Assembly (NCBI GenBank): GCA_040389445.1
Contig: JAZJZX010000014.1
Coordinates: forward strand, 130,744-194,743
Origin: Chloroflexota bacterium
GTDB taxonomy: Bacteria; Chloroflexota; Limnocylindria; Limnocylindrales; CSP1-4
DNA length: 64,000 nucleotides
Reading direction: 5' to 3'
Of the stretch, positions 27,348-36,978 are shown piece by piece. Under the pieces are notes generated by a model, which worked only from the letters and a program-made list of their open reading frames with translations, ran no database searches and was not told the DNA's origin. How positions within the stretch are numbered: the first letter of the stretch is position 1; each line of letters begins with the position of its first letter. Position numbers and translations under genes: made by a program.

Positions 27348-28613
27348 ATGACCACCGAGCCCGCCATCGCCCCCATCAACCCGTGGGCGGTGGCGCAGCA
27401 GCAGTTCGATCTCGCCGCCGAGCGCCTCGGCCTGGACCCGGGCATGCGGGCCGTCCTGCGCGAGCCTCGTCGCGAGCTGACCGTGCACTTCCCGGTCCAC
27501 ATGGACGATGGATCCGTGCGCGTCTTCACCGGCTATCGCGTCCAGCACAACCTCGGTCGCGGGCCCGCCAAGGGTGGGATCCGATACCACCAGGACGTGT
27601 CCCGCGACGAGGTCAAGGCCCTCGCCATGTGGATGACCTGGAAATGCGCGGTCGTCGGCATCCCGTACGGCGGCGGCAAGGGCGGCGTCATCGTCGACCC
27701 CAAGAAGCTCTCCATGCGGGAAGTCGAGGCGCTGACACGACGCTTCTTCACCGAGATCGAGATCCTCATCGGTCCGGAGAAGGACATCCCCGCTCCGGAT
27801 GTCAACACCAACGCCCAGATCATGGCCTGGATGATGGACACCTATTCGATGCACGCCGGGTATACGGTGCCGGGCGTCGTGACGGGCAAGCCCATCAGCC
27901 TGGGTGGTTCCGAGGGACGCAACGAGGCCACCGCCCGGGGCACGGTCTTCTGCATCGTGGAAGCGGCCCGACACCTCGGGATCGAGCTCGGCAAGGCGCG
28001 CGTCGCCGTGCAGGGCTTCGGCAACGCCGGATCCATCGCGGCCACGCTGATCGCCGCCGAAGGGTCGACCGTGGTCGCCGTGTCGGACTCGACCGGCGGC
28101 ATCCACAACCCGCACGGCCTTGACATTGCGAAGGTCATCGCCTGGAAGCAGGAGCACGGGACCGTCCAGGGATTCCCGGGGGCGACCGATGTCTCCAGTT
28201 CCGCGGTCCTCGAAGTCGATTGCGACATCCTCATCCCGGCGGCGCTCGAGAATCAGATCACGGTGGCCAACGCCGACAACATCAGGGCACGTCTGATCGC
28301 CGAGGCCGCGAACGGACCGACGACGCCCGAGGCGGACCGGATCCTCTGGAAGAAGTCGAAGTTCATGATCCCGGACATCCTGTGCAATGCAGGGGGCGTC
28401 ACGGTCTCGTACTTCGAGTGGGTCCAGGACTTGAATCGCGACCACTGGAGCGAGCAGGTCGTGAACGAGAAGCTCAGGGAGATCATGGTCAAGGCCTTCA
28501 CGTCGGTCCTCGCCATCGCGCGCCGCGAGCAGTGCGACATGCGAACCGCCGCCTACCTCCTCGCGGTCGAGCGAGTGGCGGACGCCATGCAGATGCGCGG
28601 CCTCTACCCGTAG
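27348..28613 (+). CDS. gdhA: Glutamate dehydrogenase (Glu/Leu/Phe/Val dehydrogenase family)
   Basis: Motifs GGGKGG, …GFGNAGS… and a catalytic Lys region are present. ATG at 27348 lies 11 bp after GGAGGA. Confidence 0.85.
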   Translation: MTTEPAIAPINPWAVAQQQFDLAAERLGLDPGMRAVLREPRRELTVHFPVHMDDGSVRVFTGYRVQHNLGRGPAKGGIRYHQDVSRDEVKALAMWMTWKCAVVGIPYGGGKGGVIVDPKKLSMREVEALTRRFFTEIEILIGPEKDIPAPDVNTNAQIMAWMMDTYSMHAGYTVPGVVTGKPISLGGSEGRNEATARGTVFCIVEAARHLGIELGKARVAVQGFGNAGSIAATLIAAEGSTVVAVSDSTGGIHNPHGLDIAKVIAWKQEHGTVQGFPGATDVSSSAVLEVDCDILIPAALENQITVANADNIRARLIAEAANGPTTPEADRILWKKSKFMIPDILCNAGGVTVSYFEWVQDLNRDHWSEQVVNEKLREIMVKAFTSVLAIARREQCDMRTAAYLLAVERVADAMQMRGLYP

Positions 28614-28645
28614 GCCCTTCGAGCCGACAGCGCGTCAGTCCGAGC

Positions 28646-28671
28646 GAGGCCCGGCCCAGCGGCCGGGCCTC
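28646..28671 (+). terminator. Intrinsic terminator-like hairpin after gdh (GAGGCCCGGCC-cagc-GGCCGGGCCTC), followed by a T-containing tract
   Basis: A perfect 11-bp inverted repeat read from the sequence, 33 bp after the gdh stop. Confidence 0.55.
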
Positions 28672-28686
28672 CTGATTCTCGCCAAC

Positions 28687-28743
28687 GGGCGGCGGGCGGC
28701 CGGCCGCCCGCCGCCGGCCGCCCGCCGCCGGCCGCTCGCCGCT
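28687..28743. repeat. GC-rich 28-bp perfect palindrome (ggcggcgggcggcc/ggccgcccgccgcc) whose right arm is repeated three times in tandem (14-bp unit)
   Basis: Read directly: palindrome at 28687-28715; direct copies at 28702-28715, 28716-28729 and 28730-28743 (last copy degenerate). Confidence 0.7.
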
Positions 28744-28876
28744 CGGTACTCCTTCCTGGCATGCGACCGGGGTTGGGCTGGCACCGATGTCCCGCCGCTC
28801 CGCCCGACCCGGGGATGGTGCGCCCACGCCCCGGCAATCGTCGGGCCCAGCGATGCCCGGTGCTACCATCGGGGGC

Positions 28877-29482
28877 ATGCTCGACCATGAAGAGAAGTTC
28901 CTGTTCAAGGAGGAGATCAGCCACCTCGCCAACGCGGTGGCCGAGCCCGGCACCCTCGACAACGTCGAGGATCTCCTGACCGACGTCATCACCAGCCCGC
29001 GCTTCGATTCGGAGGTCTTCACCCTGGAGCGCAGTCTCCAGGTGATGCTGGGCGCACGGGCCGGGACGACGCTCGTTGGTCTCCTCACGGTGGCTCCGGA
29101 GGTCTTCGACGAGGTGGCCGAGGTCCGCATTCCACCCGAAGTCCACGAGCGCCTCGTGGCGTGGCGGGCGCGGTTCGGTCTGGCCATCGACAACGCCCTG
29201 AACTTCCTGAACAACCCGGACGGCATCCAGGGCCACAACTTCGCGACCCAGATCGCCCATGTGGAAGAACGCCGCGTGCTCCAGGGCCGGCTCACCCTGG
29301 TTCGTTACAACAACGAGCCACAGTTCTTCGTTGCCGATGCGGTCGTGTTCCTGAGCCTGGTCGCAGACGTCATGGACCGCCTTGGGCCGTACCTCGAACC
29401 GGACGCGGTGGACGCGGAAACGATGTCCCGGCTTCGGGACGGGGTTCAACTGATCGAGCGCAAGACCGCGGCGCACTCGTAG
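28877..29482 (+). CDS. Hypothetical protein (201 aa)
   Basis: Coding-like composition from the ATG at 28877 (MLDHEEKFLFKEEISHLANAV…). No family recognised. Confidence 0.45.
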   Translation: MLDHEEKFLFKEEISHLANAVAEPGTLDNVEDLLTDVITSPRFDSEVFTLERSLQVMLGARAGTTLVGLLTVAPEVFDEVAEVRIPPEVHERLVAWRARFGLAIDNALNFLNNPDGIQGHNFATQIAHVEERRVLQGRLTLVRYNNEPQFFVADAVVFLSLVADVMDRLGPYLEPDAVDAETMSRLRDGVQLIERKTAAHS

Positions 29483-29528
29483 CCGCGACGCAGACCACCT
29501 CGCTCGCAATCCACGGCCGGGCGAACTG

Positions 29529-30689
29529 ATGCGCCAGCTCTATCTCGCGGCCACCGGCCAGAATCGGGGCAAGACCACCACCTCGCTCGGCCTGCTCAAC
29601 GGCTTCCTGTCGCGTGGGCTGCGCGCCGGATTCATGAAGCCGGTCGGGCAACGGACCGTGATCGATCACGGCGAGCCGGCGGACGAGGACGCGGTCCTGA
29701 TGCACGAGACATTCGGGCTCCTCGAGCCGTACAGCGTCATGAGCCCGGTCCACATCCCGCGCGGATTCACCAAGGCATACATCGCGGGGCAGGTCGTGGA
29801 TGACCTCGGGGCGCGCATCCTGCGCGCACAGGCGCACTACCGCGAGCACGACGTCCTCCTGATCGAGGGGACCGGTCACGCCGGCGTCGGGGCGGTCATC
29901 GGCCTGTCGAACGCGCGGGTCGCAGCGATGCTCGGAGCACCGACCATCATCGTCAGCGAAGGCGGCGTGGGTCGACCGATCGACGAGATCGTGCTGAACG
30001 CCGCGCTCTTCCGTGCCAACGGCGTCCAGGTCGTGGGCGCGATCGTGAACAAGGTGGACGTTGATGCCCAGCCCGGCATTGCCCGGGTCATTGCCGGTGG
30101 TCTGGCGCCCTATGACATCCCCCTGCTCGGCGTCCTGCCGATTCGACCCATCCTCTCCAACCCGACGCTGGAGATGATCCTCGAGGGCGTCCACGGGGAG
30201 GTCCTGCACGAGGGGCCCGACCTCGAGCGCGTGATCGACGGCGTGGCGGTCGGCGCCATGGAGCCTCGGCACATGCTCGAGCGCGTCGGGCCCGGGACGC
30301 TCGTGATCGTCCCGGGCGATCGAGAGGACGTGATCCTGACGCTGACCACCGCGCACCAGCGCGGCATCGCAGGCGGCCGCGATGGCGACGAGCCAGGTTC
30401 GGGTCCCGGAGGCGCCATCGCCGATGACCATGAAGGTGCTGCCATCGGGCTCGTGCTGACCGGCGGTTATCGACCCCGTCCCGCCGTCATCGACGCGATT
30501 CGCCGGGCAGACCTGTGTGCGACGCTGGTCAGCGAGGACACCTATGCGGTGGCGTCGGAGGTCCACGACCTGCTCGTCAAGACGCACCCCGCCGATCTCG
30601 TGAAGATCGAGCTGATCAAGCGGCTGGTGGCCGACAACCTCGACGTGGACCGAATTCTCGGCGTCGCGGGCACGACGCAGATGGCCTGA
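29529..30689 (+). CDS. Phosphotransacetylase-family protein: BioD-like N-terminal nucleotide-binding domain plus DRTGG domain
   Basis: The N-terminus is MRQLYLAATGQNRGKTTTSLGL (BioD/Pta-N-like P-loop). The C-terminal region carries …LVLTGGYRP… (DRTGG). Confidence 0.6.
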   Translation: MRQLYLAATGQNRGKTTTSLGLLNGFLSRGLRAGFMKPVGQRTVIDHGEPADEDAVLMHETFGLLEPYSVMSPVHIPRGFTKAYIAGQVVDDLGARILRAQAHYREHDVLLIEGTGHAGVGAVIGLSNARVAAMLGAPTIIVSEGGVGRPIDEIVLNAALFRANGVQVVGAIVNKVDVDAQPGIARVIAGGLAPYDIPLLGVLPIRPILSNPTLEMILEGVHGEVLHEGPDLERVIDGVAVGAMEPRHMLERVGPGTLVIVPGDREDVILTLTTAHQRGIAGGRDGDEPGSGPGGAIADDHEGAAIGLVLTGGYRPRPAVIDAIRRADLCATLVSEDTYAVASEVHDLLVKTHPADLVKIELIKRLVADNLDVDRILGVAGTTQMA

Positions 30690-30703
30690 GGGCCGCCTGG
30701 CCG

Positions 30704-31543
30704 TCAGCCCAGCGGCTCGTTGTCGATCAGTCGGGTCGCCCCGAGATGGACGGCGAGGGAGAGCACTGCAGGGCCGGTCACCCGGTGCAGTTCCTGGAGC
30801 GACCCGGCGTCGGCACAGGAGACGTACTCGACGCGGGCCAGGGGTTCCTCGGCGAGCACCGACTTCATGATCGACCGGAGCGCCTCGGCCGACCGCTCGC
30901 CACGCTCCCACGCCTCACGCGCGGCGACGAGCGCACGGTGAAGGACCGGTGCCGCGGCCCGCTCGTCCCTGGTGAGGTGGACGTTGCGCGACGACATGGC
31001 GAGTCCGTCTGACTCGCGGACTGTCGGGCAGGCGACGACTTCGGTAGGGATGGCGAGGTCGATGGCCATGCGACGGATGACCGCCACCTGCTGGGCGTCC
31101 TTCTGGCCGAAATAGGCATGCTCCGCCCGGACAAGCCCCAGCAGGATGGCCACGACCGTGGCAACACCCTCGAAATGGCCGGGCCGAGCCTTCCCCTCCA
31201 GCGGCTCGGCGATCTCGCCGACGTGGACCGTGGTATCGAAGCCGGGCGGATAGACCTCGTCAGCCGTCGGTGCGAAGACGATGTCCACGCCCTCAGCCTC
31301 GCAGATCGCGACATCGCGGCGCTCGTTCCGTGGGTACCGGGCCAGATCCGAGGGATCGCCGAACTGGCGCGGGTTGACGAAGATCGATACCACGGTCGTG
31401 CGGTCGTCCGCCCGGGCCCGCTGCATGAGCGCCCGATGGCCGTCGTGAAGCCAGCCCATGGTCGGCACCAGGCCGATGGGATGCGGGCTGTCCGCGAGGA
31501 CCGTGCGCAGGGCTGCACGTGTCCGGACGACCGTCGTGGTCAA
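30704..31543 (-). CDS. panC: Pantoate--beta-alanine ligase PanC
   Basis: Motifs …LVPTMGWLHDGH…, QFGxxEDxxxYPR-like region. The annotated 5' extension to 31672 would overlap panB by 125 bp. TTG at 31543, 4 bp after the panB stop, gives a canonical 279-aa PanC. Confidence 0.8.
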   Translation of the reverse strand: MTTTVVRTRAALRTVLADSPHPIGLVPTMGWLHDGHRALMQRARADDRTTVVSIFVNPRQFGDPSDLARYPRNERRDVAICEAEGVDIVFAPTADEVYPPGFDTTVHVGEIAEPLEGKARPGHFEGVATVVAILLGLVRAEHAYFGQKDAQQVAVIRRMAIDLAIPTEVVACPTVRESDGLAMSSRNVHLTRDERAAAPVLHRALVAAREAWERGERSAEALRSIMKSVLAEEPLARVEYVSCADAGSLQELHRVTGPAVLSLAVHLGATRLIDNEPLG

Positions 31544-31547
31544 CCGG

Positions 31548-32492
31548 TCAGAGGTCTCGATCCAGGGGGATCCCGGCGCCCAGTCCGGTTGTGAAATCGG
31601 CCACCTCGCCGGACGGGTCGGCGGCCCGATCCTGGATCGTCCGACCGAGGACCTCGTCCAGCGTGCTCTCATCCATCCGCACCGTCTCGGCCGGACCGGG
31701 GAACGAACCCGCCCTGACGTCCGTTGCCCAGGCCTCGGCCGCGGCCTTGATGATGCCCTGGAGGTCCGCGTACTTGCGGGCGTGCCGCGGTGAGAAGTCG
31801 CCCAGGCCGAGGACGTCGGTGACGACCTGGACCTGCCCGCTGCAGCCGGCTCCGGCCCCGATGCCGATCGTCGGGATGCGCAACCGCGAGGTGATCGTCG
31901 CAGCGAGCTGCTCCGGGATCAACTCAAGCACCATGGCAAATGCGCCGGCCTCCTGGATGGCGATCGCATCGGCGAGCAACGCCCGGGCAGTTTCGCGGCT
32001 CTTGCCCTGCACGCGCACCTTGCCGCCCATGCCATGCTCCGATTGGGGCGTCCACCCGATGTGACCCATCACGGGGATGCCGGCCCGGACGAGGGCCTCC
32101 ACGATCCGCGTGCTGCGTACGCCGCCCTCGATCTTGACGGCGGTTGCGCCGGCCTCCCTCAGGAAGCGCCCGGCGTTTGCCACCGCCTCGTCCGTGGATG
32201 CGTAGGACAGGAAGGGCATATCTCCGATCACGAGAGCTCGCCGGGAGCCGCGGACCACGGCCGCGGTGTGGTGGAGCATCTCGGTCATCGTCACGCGGAC
32301 CGTGGAGTCATAGCCCAGGAGCACCTGGCCCAGCGAGTCACCGACGAGGAGCATCGGGATCCCCGCCTCGTCGAGGATCCGGGCCGTCGGGTAGTCGTAC
32401 GCGGTCAGCATCGGCAATCGTTCGCCGTCCGCGTGCATCCGCAGGATGTCGGCCACGGTCAGCCGGCGAACTGTCCCGGCGGTGGCGCTCAT
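31548..32492 (-). CDS. panB: 3-methyl-2-oxobutanoate hydroxymethyltransferase PanB
   Basis: Full-length PanB (…MLTAYDYPTA…VGDSLGQV…KIEGG…). Confidence 0.85.
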   Translation of the reverse strand: MSATAGTVRRLTVADILRMHADGERLPMLTAYDYPTARILDEAGIPMLLVGDSLGQVLLGYDSTVRVTMTEMLHHTAAVVRGSRRALVIGDMPFLSYASTDEAVANAGRFLREAGATAVKIEGGVRSTRIVEALVRAGIPVMGHIGWTPQSEHGMGGKVRVQGKSRETARALLADAIAIQEAGAFAMVLELIPEQLAATITSRLRIPTIGIGAGAGCSGQVQVVTDVLGLGDFSPRHARKYADLQGIIKAAAEAWATDVRAGSFPGPAETVRMDESTLDEVLGRTIQDRAADPSGEVADFTTGLGAGIPLDRDL

Positions 32493-33871
32493 CGCGATGG
32501 CTCGTGCATGGCGGCAGTCTGCACCCCGGAGTCTCGTGCGTCCAACAACGCGGCGATGCGGTCCAGGAGGCGATCCGCCACTTCGCGTTTTGGCAGCACC
32601 GGAAGGACGACCTCCGCACCGTCCGCGTCGAGGATGGTGACCCTGTTCGTCTCCGTCCCGAACCCGGAGTCCGGTTCGGTCACGTCGTTTGCAACGACCA
32701 GGTCGACGCCCTTGCGCCGCAGCTTGTCCGGAACCCGGGCAAGCGACCCGGTCTCGGCCGCGAAACCCACGAGGACCGGTCGCGGCTCGATCGGCGCCCG
32801 GCTCGCGGCATCCTCGCTGTCGAGGCCTCGGACAACGCGGGATGCCTCCGCGAGGAGGTCGGGCGTGGGTTCGAGGTCGAGCGTCAGCCCTTCCTCGCGT
32901 CCGATCTTGCCCGCGGCCGGACTGACCGGCGTGAAATCGCTGACCGCCGCGGCCATGACAAGCGCATCGAAGCGAGCCGCCGACGGTGCCCCCTCCCCGC
33001 CGAACAGGGCCGTGAGGAGGGCGCCTCGCAATTGGCCGGCCGTCTCGACGCGCACCACCCGCGCACGATCCCCGGGGAGGGGAACGCTGACGGCCGCGGC
33101 GATCAGGGTGACCGAGGCCCCCCGATCCAGGGCTGCCTCCGCGACGGCGACGCCCATGCGACCACTGGACCGGTTGCCGATGAATCGGACCGGATCGATC
33201 GGCTCTCGGGTACCGCCCGCAGTCACCACGATGTGGCGGCCCGTGAGATCAGCCTCGCGGACGACCCCCTGCTTCTGCGGCGGGCGCGCCGACGAGTCGG
33301 GCTGGCGGACCGGTCGGCCGTTCGTGGCGCGGACGACCGCATCCACGATCGATGGGAGCTCCGCGAGACGCCCGACGCCGGACTGGCCGGACGCGAGCGG
33401 TCCCGATTCGGGTGCCACGACGGTGTACCCGAAATCCGTTCGAAGACGCTCCACGTTGGCCCGCGTCGCGGGGTGCGTCCACATGTCGCCGTCCATCGCC
33501 GGGGCCACGATGACCGGTGCCGAGGTGGCGAGACAGGTCGCCGTCACGACGTCGCCGGCCAGGCCCGCCGCCATCGTCGCCAGCCAATGCGCCGTGGCCG
33601 GGGCCACCACCACGGCGTCCGTGCTGTCGGCGATCACGACGTGTCCGATCCGACCATCAGGGAGGAGTTCCATGAGGTCGGTCTCGACCGGGTGGCGCGA
33701 GAGCGCAGCGAAGGACAGCGGGCCGACGAATCGCACGGCCGAAGGGGACAGCAGCGCCACCACGTCGGCACCCTCGGCCGTCAGCAGCCGGAGCAACTCG
33801 ACTGCCCTGTAGGCGGCAATCGATCCGGTGACGCCGAGCGCGATCAGGCGGCCCTCGAGGCGTCCGCCCAT
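32489..33871 (-). CDS. coaBC: Bifunctional phosphopantothenoylcysteine decarboxylase/phosphopantothenate--cysteine ligase CoaBC
   Basis: The flavoprotein N domain (…LGVTGSIAAYRAVELLR…) and CoaB C domain are present. The start at 33871 (MGGRLEGRLIALG) shares ATGA with the coaX stop. Confidence 0.85.
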   Translation of the reverse strand: MGGRLEGRLIALGVTGSIAAYRAVELLRLLTAEGADVVALLSPSAVRFVGPLSFAALSRHPVETDLMELLPDGRIGHVVIADSTDAVVVAPATAHWLATMAAGLAGDVVTATCLATSAPVIVAPAMDGDMWTHPATRANVERLRTDFGYTVVAPESGPLASGQSGVGRLAELPSIVDAVVRATNGRPVRQPDSSARPPQKQGVVREADLTGRHIVVTAGGTREPIDPVRFIGNRSSGRMGVAVAEAALDRGASVTLIAAAVSVPLPGDRARVVRVETAGQLRGALLTALFGGEGAPSAARFDALVMAAAVSDFTPVSPAAGKIGREEGLTLDLEPTPDLLAEASRVVRGLDSEDAASRAPIEPRPVLVGFAAETGSLARVPDKLRRKGVDLVVANDVTEPDSGFGTETNRVTILDADGAEVVLPVLPKREVADRLLDRIAALLDARDSGVQTAAMHEPSR

Positions 33872-34680
33872 CAGGCCTGATCTCCGCCGGGCGAGCCACT
33901 CGAGACCTCGGCGTGGAGCAGCGCAAGCCCCTTGAGCGTCAGGTCCGGATCGATGACCTCCACGCCGTCGATCGCCGATGCCCATGGTGCGGAGCTCAGC
34001 CCGCCGGTGAGGATGGTGCGCACGGCGCTCGCCGGGATGCCCGCATCCGCGGCGAGTTCGTTTCGAACACGGCCGATCAGGCCACCGGCGAGGGCCTGGT
34101 AACCGAAGACCGTTCCCGACTGCATCGCCGAGACCGTGTCCCGGCCGATCGCCCGAGCGGGAACCACGAGGTCGATCCTCGGCAACTGGGCCGTTCTGGA
34201 GGCCAGTGCCTCGAGTCCGAGGTCGAGGCCGGGAGCGATGGCGCCGCCGACAAAGGCGCCGTCTGCAGCCACGGCGTCGACGGTGGTGGCCGTGCCCATG
34301 TCGGCGACGACCGCGGGCGTCCCGTGAAGGCGTCCTGCCGCAAGCGCATTCACCAGGCGATCGGCACCGACCGCGGCGGGGTTGTCGACTCGAATGGGGA
34401 TCGGCATCGTCGCCGCACTCGCAATCAGGATCGGGCGGTTCAACCGCTCGGCCACGCCCGCCAGGGCGCTCGTGAGGGAGGGGACCACGGACGCAACCAC
34501 GATCGCCTCCATGGCGGCGAGGGTCACGCCATCTCGCGCCAGGAGCTCATCCAGCAGCAGCTCGAGCTCGCGGCTCGTGGCGCCCGGGGCCGTCACCGCC
34601 CGCCGCCGCTGGAGCAGCGTCCGGGCCCGGAACCAGCCGAGCGTGATGTTCGAGTTGCCGATGTCGACTGTGAGGAGCAT
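33871..34680 (-). CDS. coaX: Type III pantothenate kinase CoaX
   Basis: The N-terminus is MLLTVDIGNSNITLGWF. Conserved regions are …GADRLVNA… and DMGTATTVD. Confidence 0.8.
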   Translation of the reverse strand: MLLTVDIGNSNITLGWFRARTLLQRRRAVTAPGATSRELELLLDELLARDGVTLAAMEAIVVASVVPSLTSALAGVAERLNRPILIASAATMPIPIRVDNPAAVGADRLVNALAAGRLHGTPAVVADMGTATTVDAVAADGAFVGGAIAPGLDLGLEALASRTAQLPRIDLVVPARAIGRDTVSAMQSGTVFGYQALAGGLIGRVRNELAADAGIPASAVRTILTGGLSSAPWASAIDGVEVIDPDLTLKGLALLHAEVSSGSPGGDQA

Positions 34681-34828
34681 GGCGGGATCATACCCGTGCC
34701 CCATCGGCCATCGGGATCGGCGCTCCGCGCGATTGCGCTGGCCTCCGGCCGGGCGGTGCGGTACCATCGGCCCCGTTCCGTTCGCGCCGTTCCGTCCGCC
34801 CCCCGTGCCCACCCGGAAGGAGCAGTCC

Positions 34829-35260
34829 GTGTCGAGCGAGCCGCCAGCGAAGTTCTTCGTCAACGATGGCGTGGTCTCCACCCGCGAGGACATGCTCAAC
34901 CTGCTCCGGCCGCTGCTCAAGCAGACAGTGGCCTACCGGTATTTCCGAAGCCGGGAACTGGTCTCGCACGGAACAGGCTGGGTCGAGCGCATCGTTGTCG
35001 ACCAGCCGGAGATCTCCACCCTCTTCACGCCGATCGCGGTGACCCTCAACGTCGATTCGTTCGAACACCTCGAGTTCGCGACCCGCCCGGACCAGCTGCT
35101 CGTCTACACCCTCGTCCAGGGCGACGAGCGAGTGGTGATGGAGTTCGCCCCGGTGGGCGAGGGGATCGGGCGGTCGCCGTTCGAACCCCATCAGCTTGCC
35201 TTCGACACCTCGGGTTTCGTCCAGATGGAACTCCTCGGCCTCGAGACGGCCGACGACTGA
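34829..35260 (+). CDS. Hypothetical protein (143 aa)
   Basis: GTG at 34829 is preceded by GGAAGGAG at 6-nt spacing. The upstream part of the 292-aa ORF is antisense to coaX and was discarded. Confidence 0.45.
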   Translation: MSSEPPAKFFVNDGVVSTREDMLNLLRPLLKQTVAYRYFRSRELVSHGTGWVERIVVDQPEISTLFTPIAVTLNVDSFEHLEFATRPDQLLVYTLVQGDERVVMEFAPVGEGIGRSPFEPHQLAFDTSGFVQMELLGLETADD

Positions 35261-35538
35261 CGGCGCCGCCGCGCGAAGGTTGCCCGGGTTCCTGCGGATT
35301 TGCCTGTTCGCGGGCGATCGGGCGCGTTACCATCGCTCCATTGCTCCCGACGCGGGCGTCCCGGCAACGGTGGCACCGAACCCCCCGGTTCGCGGTGAGT
35401 TCGACGGGTCTCGAGGGCCTGCCACCGGGGGTGCGGAGCCCGCGGGAGGTGCGTCTGGGGTCCGCCGTGGGCTCCAGATGGCGCTGACCGTCCCCAGGTG
35501 GGCCGGTGCGCCGGAAGGGAAGGGAGGGTCCTCGGCGA

Positions 35539-36876
35539 GTGGACGCAATTGCGCGGTATTTCCAGTTTGAGGAGCGAGGCACCAGCCTCGCCACGGAGGC
35601 GAGAGCAGGCCTGACCACGTTCATGGTCATGGCCTACATCATCTTCCTCAATCCGTTCATCCTGACCGCCGGGTTCGGAGACGCGGATCCAGCGTTCAAT
35701 GCGGTCTCCCTGGCGACAGCGACAGCCCTGATCGCCGGCATCATGACCATCGCAATGGGCGTGGTGGGCAAGTATCCGTTCGCCCTGGCCGCAGGCCTCG
35801 GCATCAACGGCATCGTTGCCTTCAGCCTCACGGCACGCGGCCTGAGCCCCGCCGGCGCGATGGGCGTCATCGTGCTCGAGGGCCTCCTGGTCACGGTGCT
35901 GGTGCTCGTCGGCCTCCGGGAGGCCATCATGAACGCCGTGCCGCTCGCCCTGAAGCGAGCCATCGGCGTCGGTATCGGCCTGTTCATCCTGTTCATCGGG
36001 TTCGCCAACGGCGGACTGGTGGTGGCCGGTGCCGGCACCCTTGTGACGATCCATTTTCCGAGCGAGCCGAAGGACTTCGTGTTCATCCTCGGCCTCGTCA
36101 TCACCATCGTCCTGTACGTGATGAAGATCCGCGCCGCACTGATCATCTCGATCCTGGCGACGACGGTCATCGCCATCGCGACCGGAGTGTCAAAGGTCGG
36201 CGAGGGCCTCACCTCGACGCCGGACTTCTCGACGCTCGGCCGGTTCGACGTCACCAATGTCTGGGATCTCGGCATCGTCGTCGCGCTGCTGACGATCTTC
36301 GCGATCATGCTGACCGACTTCTTCGACACGATGGGCACGGTCACCGGCGTCGCCGCCGAAGCCGGGCTCGCCAATGAAGATGGTTCCGTGCCCGGCGTCG
36401 GCCGGGTTCTACTCGTGGACTCCCTCGCTGCCGTCGTCGGCGGTGTGGCGGGGACTTCGTCGAACACGACCTACATCGAGAGCGCGGCCGGCGTGGCCGA
36501 GGGTGGCCGCACCGGCTTCACCTCCGTCGTCACGGGCGTCCTCTTCCTGGCCGCCGTGTTCCTCGCCCCGATCGCGGGCCTGGTGCCGGGCGTGGCGACC
36601 GCCCCGGCGCTCGTGCTCGTGGGCTATCTCATGTTCACGCTGATCAAGGACATCCCGGTTGGGGACATCGAGGAGGGGCTGCCCGCCCTGCTGACCATGA
36701 TCCTCATGCCGTTGACGTACGACATCACCGTGGGCATCGGTGCCGGTTTCATCAGCTGGGTGCTCATTCGGGTCATTCGCGGAAAGATCGCCGACGTCCA
36801 TCCGTTGATGTGGGTGGTGTCGATCGCATTCCTCGTGTACTTCGCCCAGGAGTGGATCGGCAAGCTCGTGGCCTGA
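35539..36876 (+). CDS. NCS2-family permease (AzgA-like purine/xanthine/uracil permease)
   Basis: The N-terminus is …FQFEERGTSLATEARAGLTTFMVMAYIIFLNP… with the typical NCS2 helix pattern. GTG at 35539 follows GGAAGGGAAGGGAGGG. Confidence 0.75.
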   Translation: MDAIARYFQFEERGTSLATEARAGLTTFMVMAYIIFLNPFILTAGFGDADPAFNAVSLATATALIAGIMTIAMGVVGKYPFALAAGLGINGIVAFSLTARGLSPAGAMGVIVLEGLLVTVLVLVGLREAIMNAVPLALKRAIGVGIGLFILFIGFANGGLVVAGAGTLVTIHFPSEPKDFVFILGLVITIVLYVMKIRAALIISILATTVIAIATGVSKVGEGLTSTPDFSTLGRFDVTNVWDLGIVVALLTIFAIMLTDFFDTMGTVTGVAAEAGLANEDGSVPGVGRVLLVDSLAAVVGGVAGTSSNTTYIESAAGVAEGGRTGFTSVVTGVLFLAAVFLAPIAGLVPGVATAPALVLVGYLMFTLIKDIPVGDIEEGLPALLTMILMPLTYDITVGIGAGFISWVLIRVIRGKIADVHPLMWVVSIAFLVYFAQEWIGKLVA

Positions 36877-36978
36877 TCTCGCGTCCGTTCACGGCCGGTG
36901 CCCTTCGGGCGCCGGCCGTTCCGATTCTCTCGACCCGGTTCGTGCCGGCTGGAACGATGAGCGGGTACCATCGGGTGG

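Noticed and set aside
31544-31672. Longer PanC start (ORF open to 31672)
   Set aside because: It would overlap panB by 125 bp in a different frame, and the extension has no PanC homology. TTG at 31543, 4 bp after the panB stop, gives a canonical-length enzyme.
35506-35538. Upstream GTG start for the NCS2 permease
   Set aside because: The strong SD (GGAAGGGAAGGGAGGG, 35512-35527) lies downstream of this codon and is correctly spaced for the GTG at 35539. NCS2 homology also begins there.
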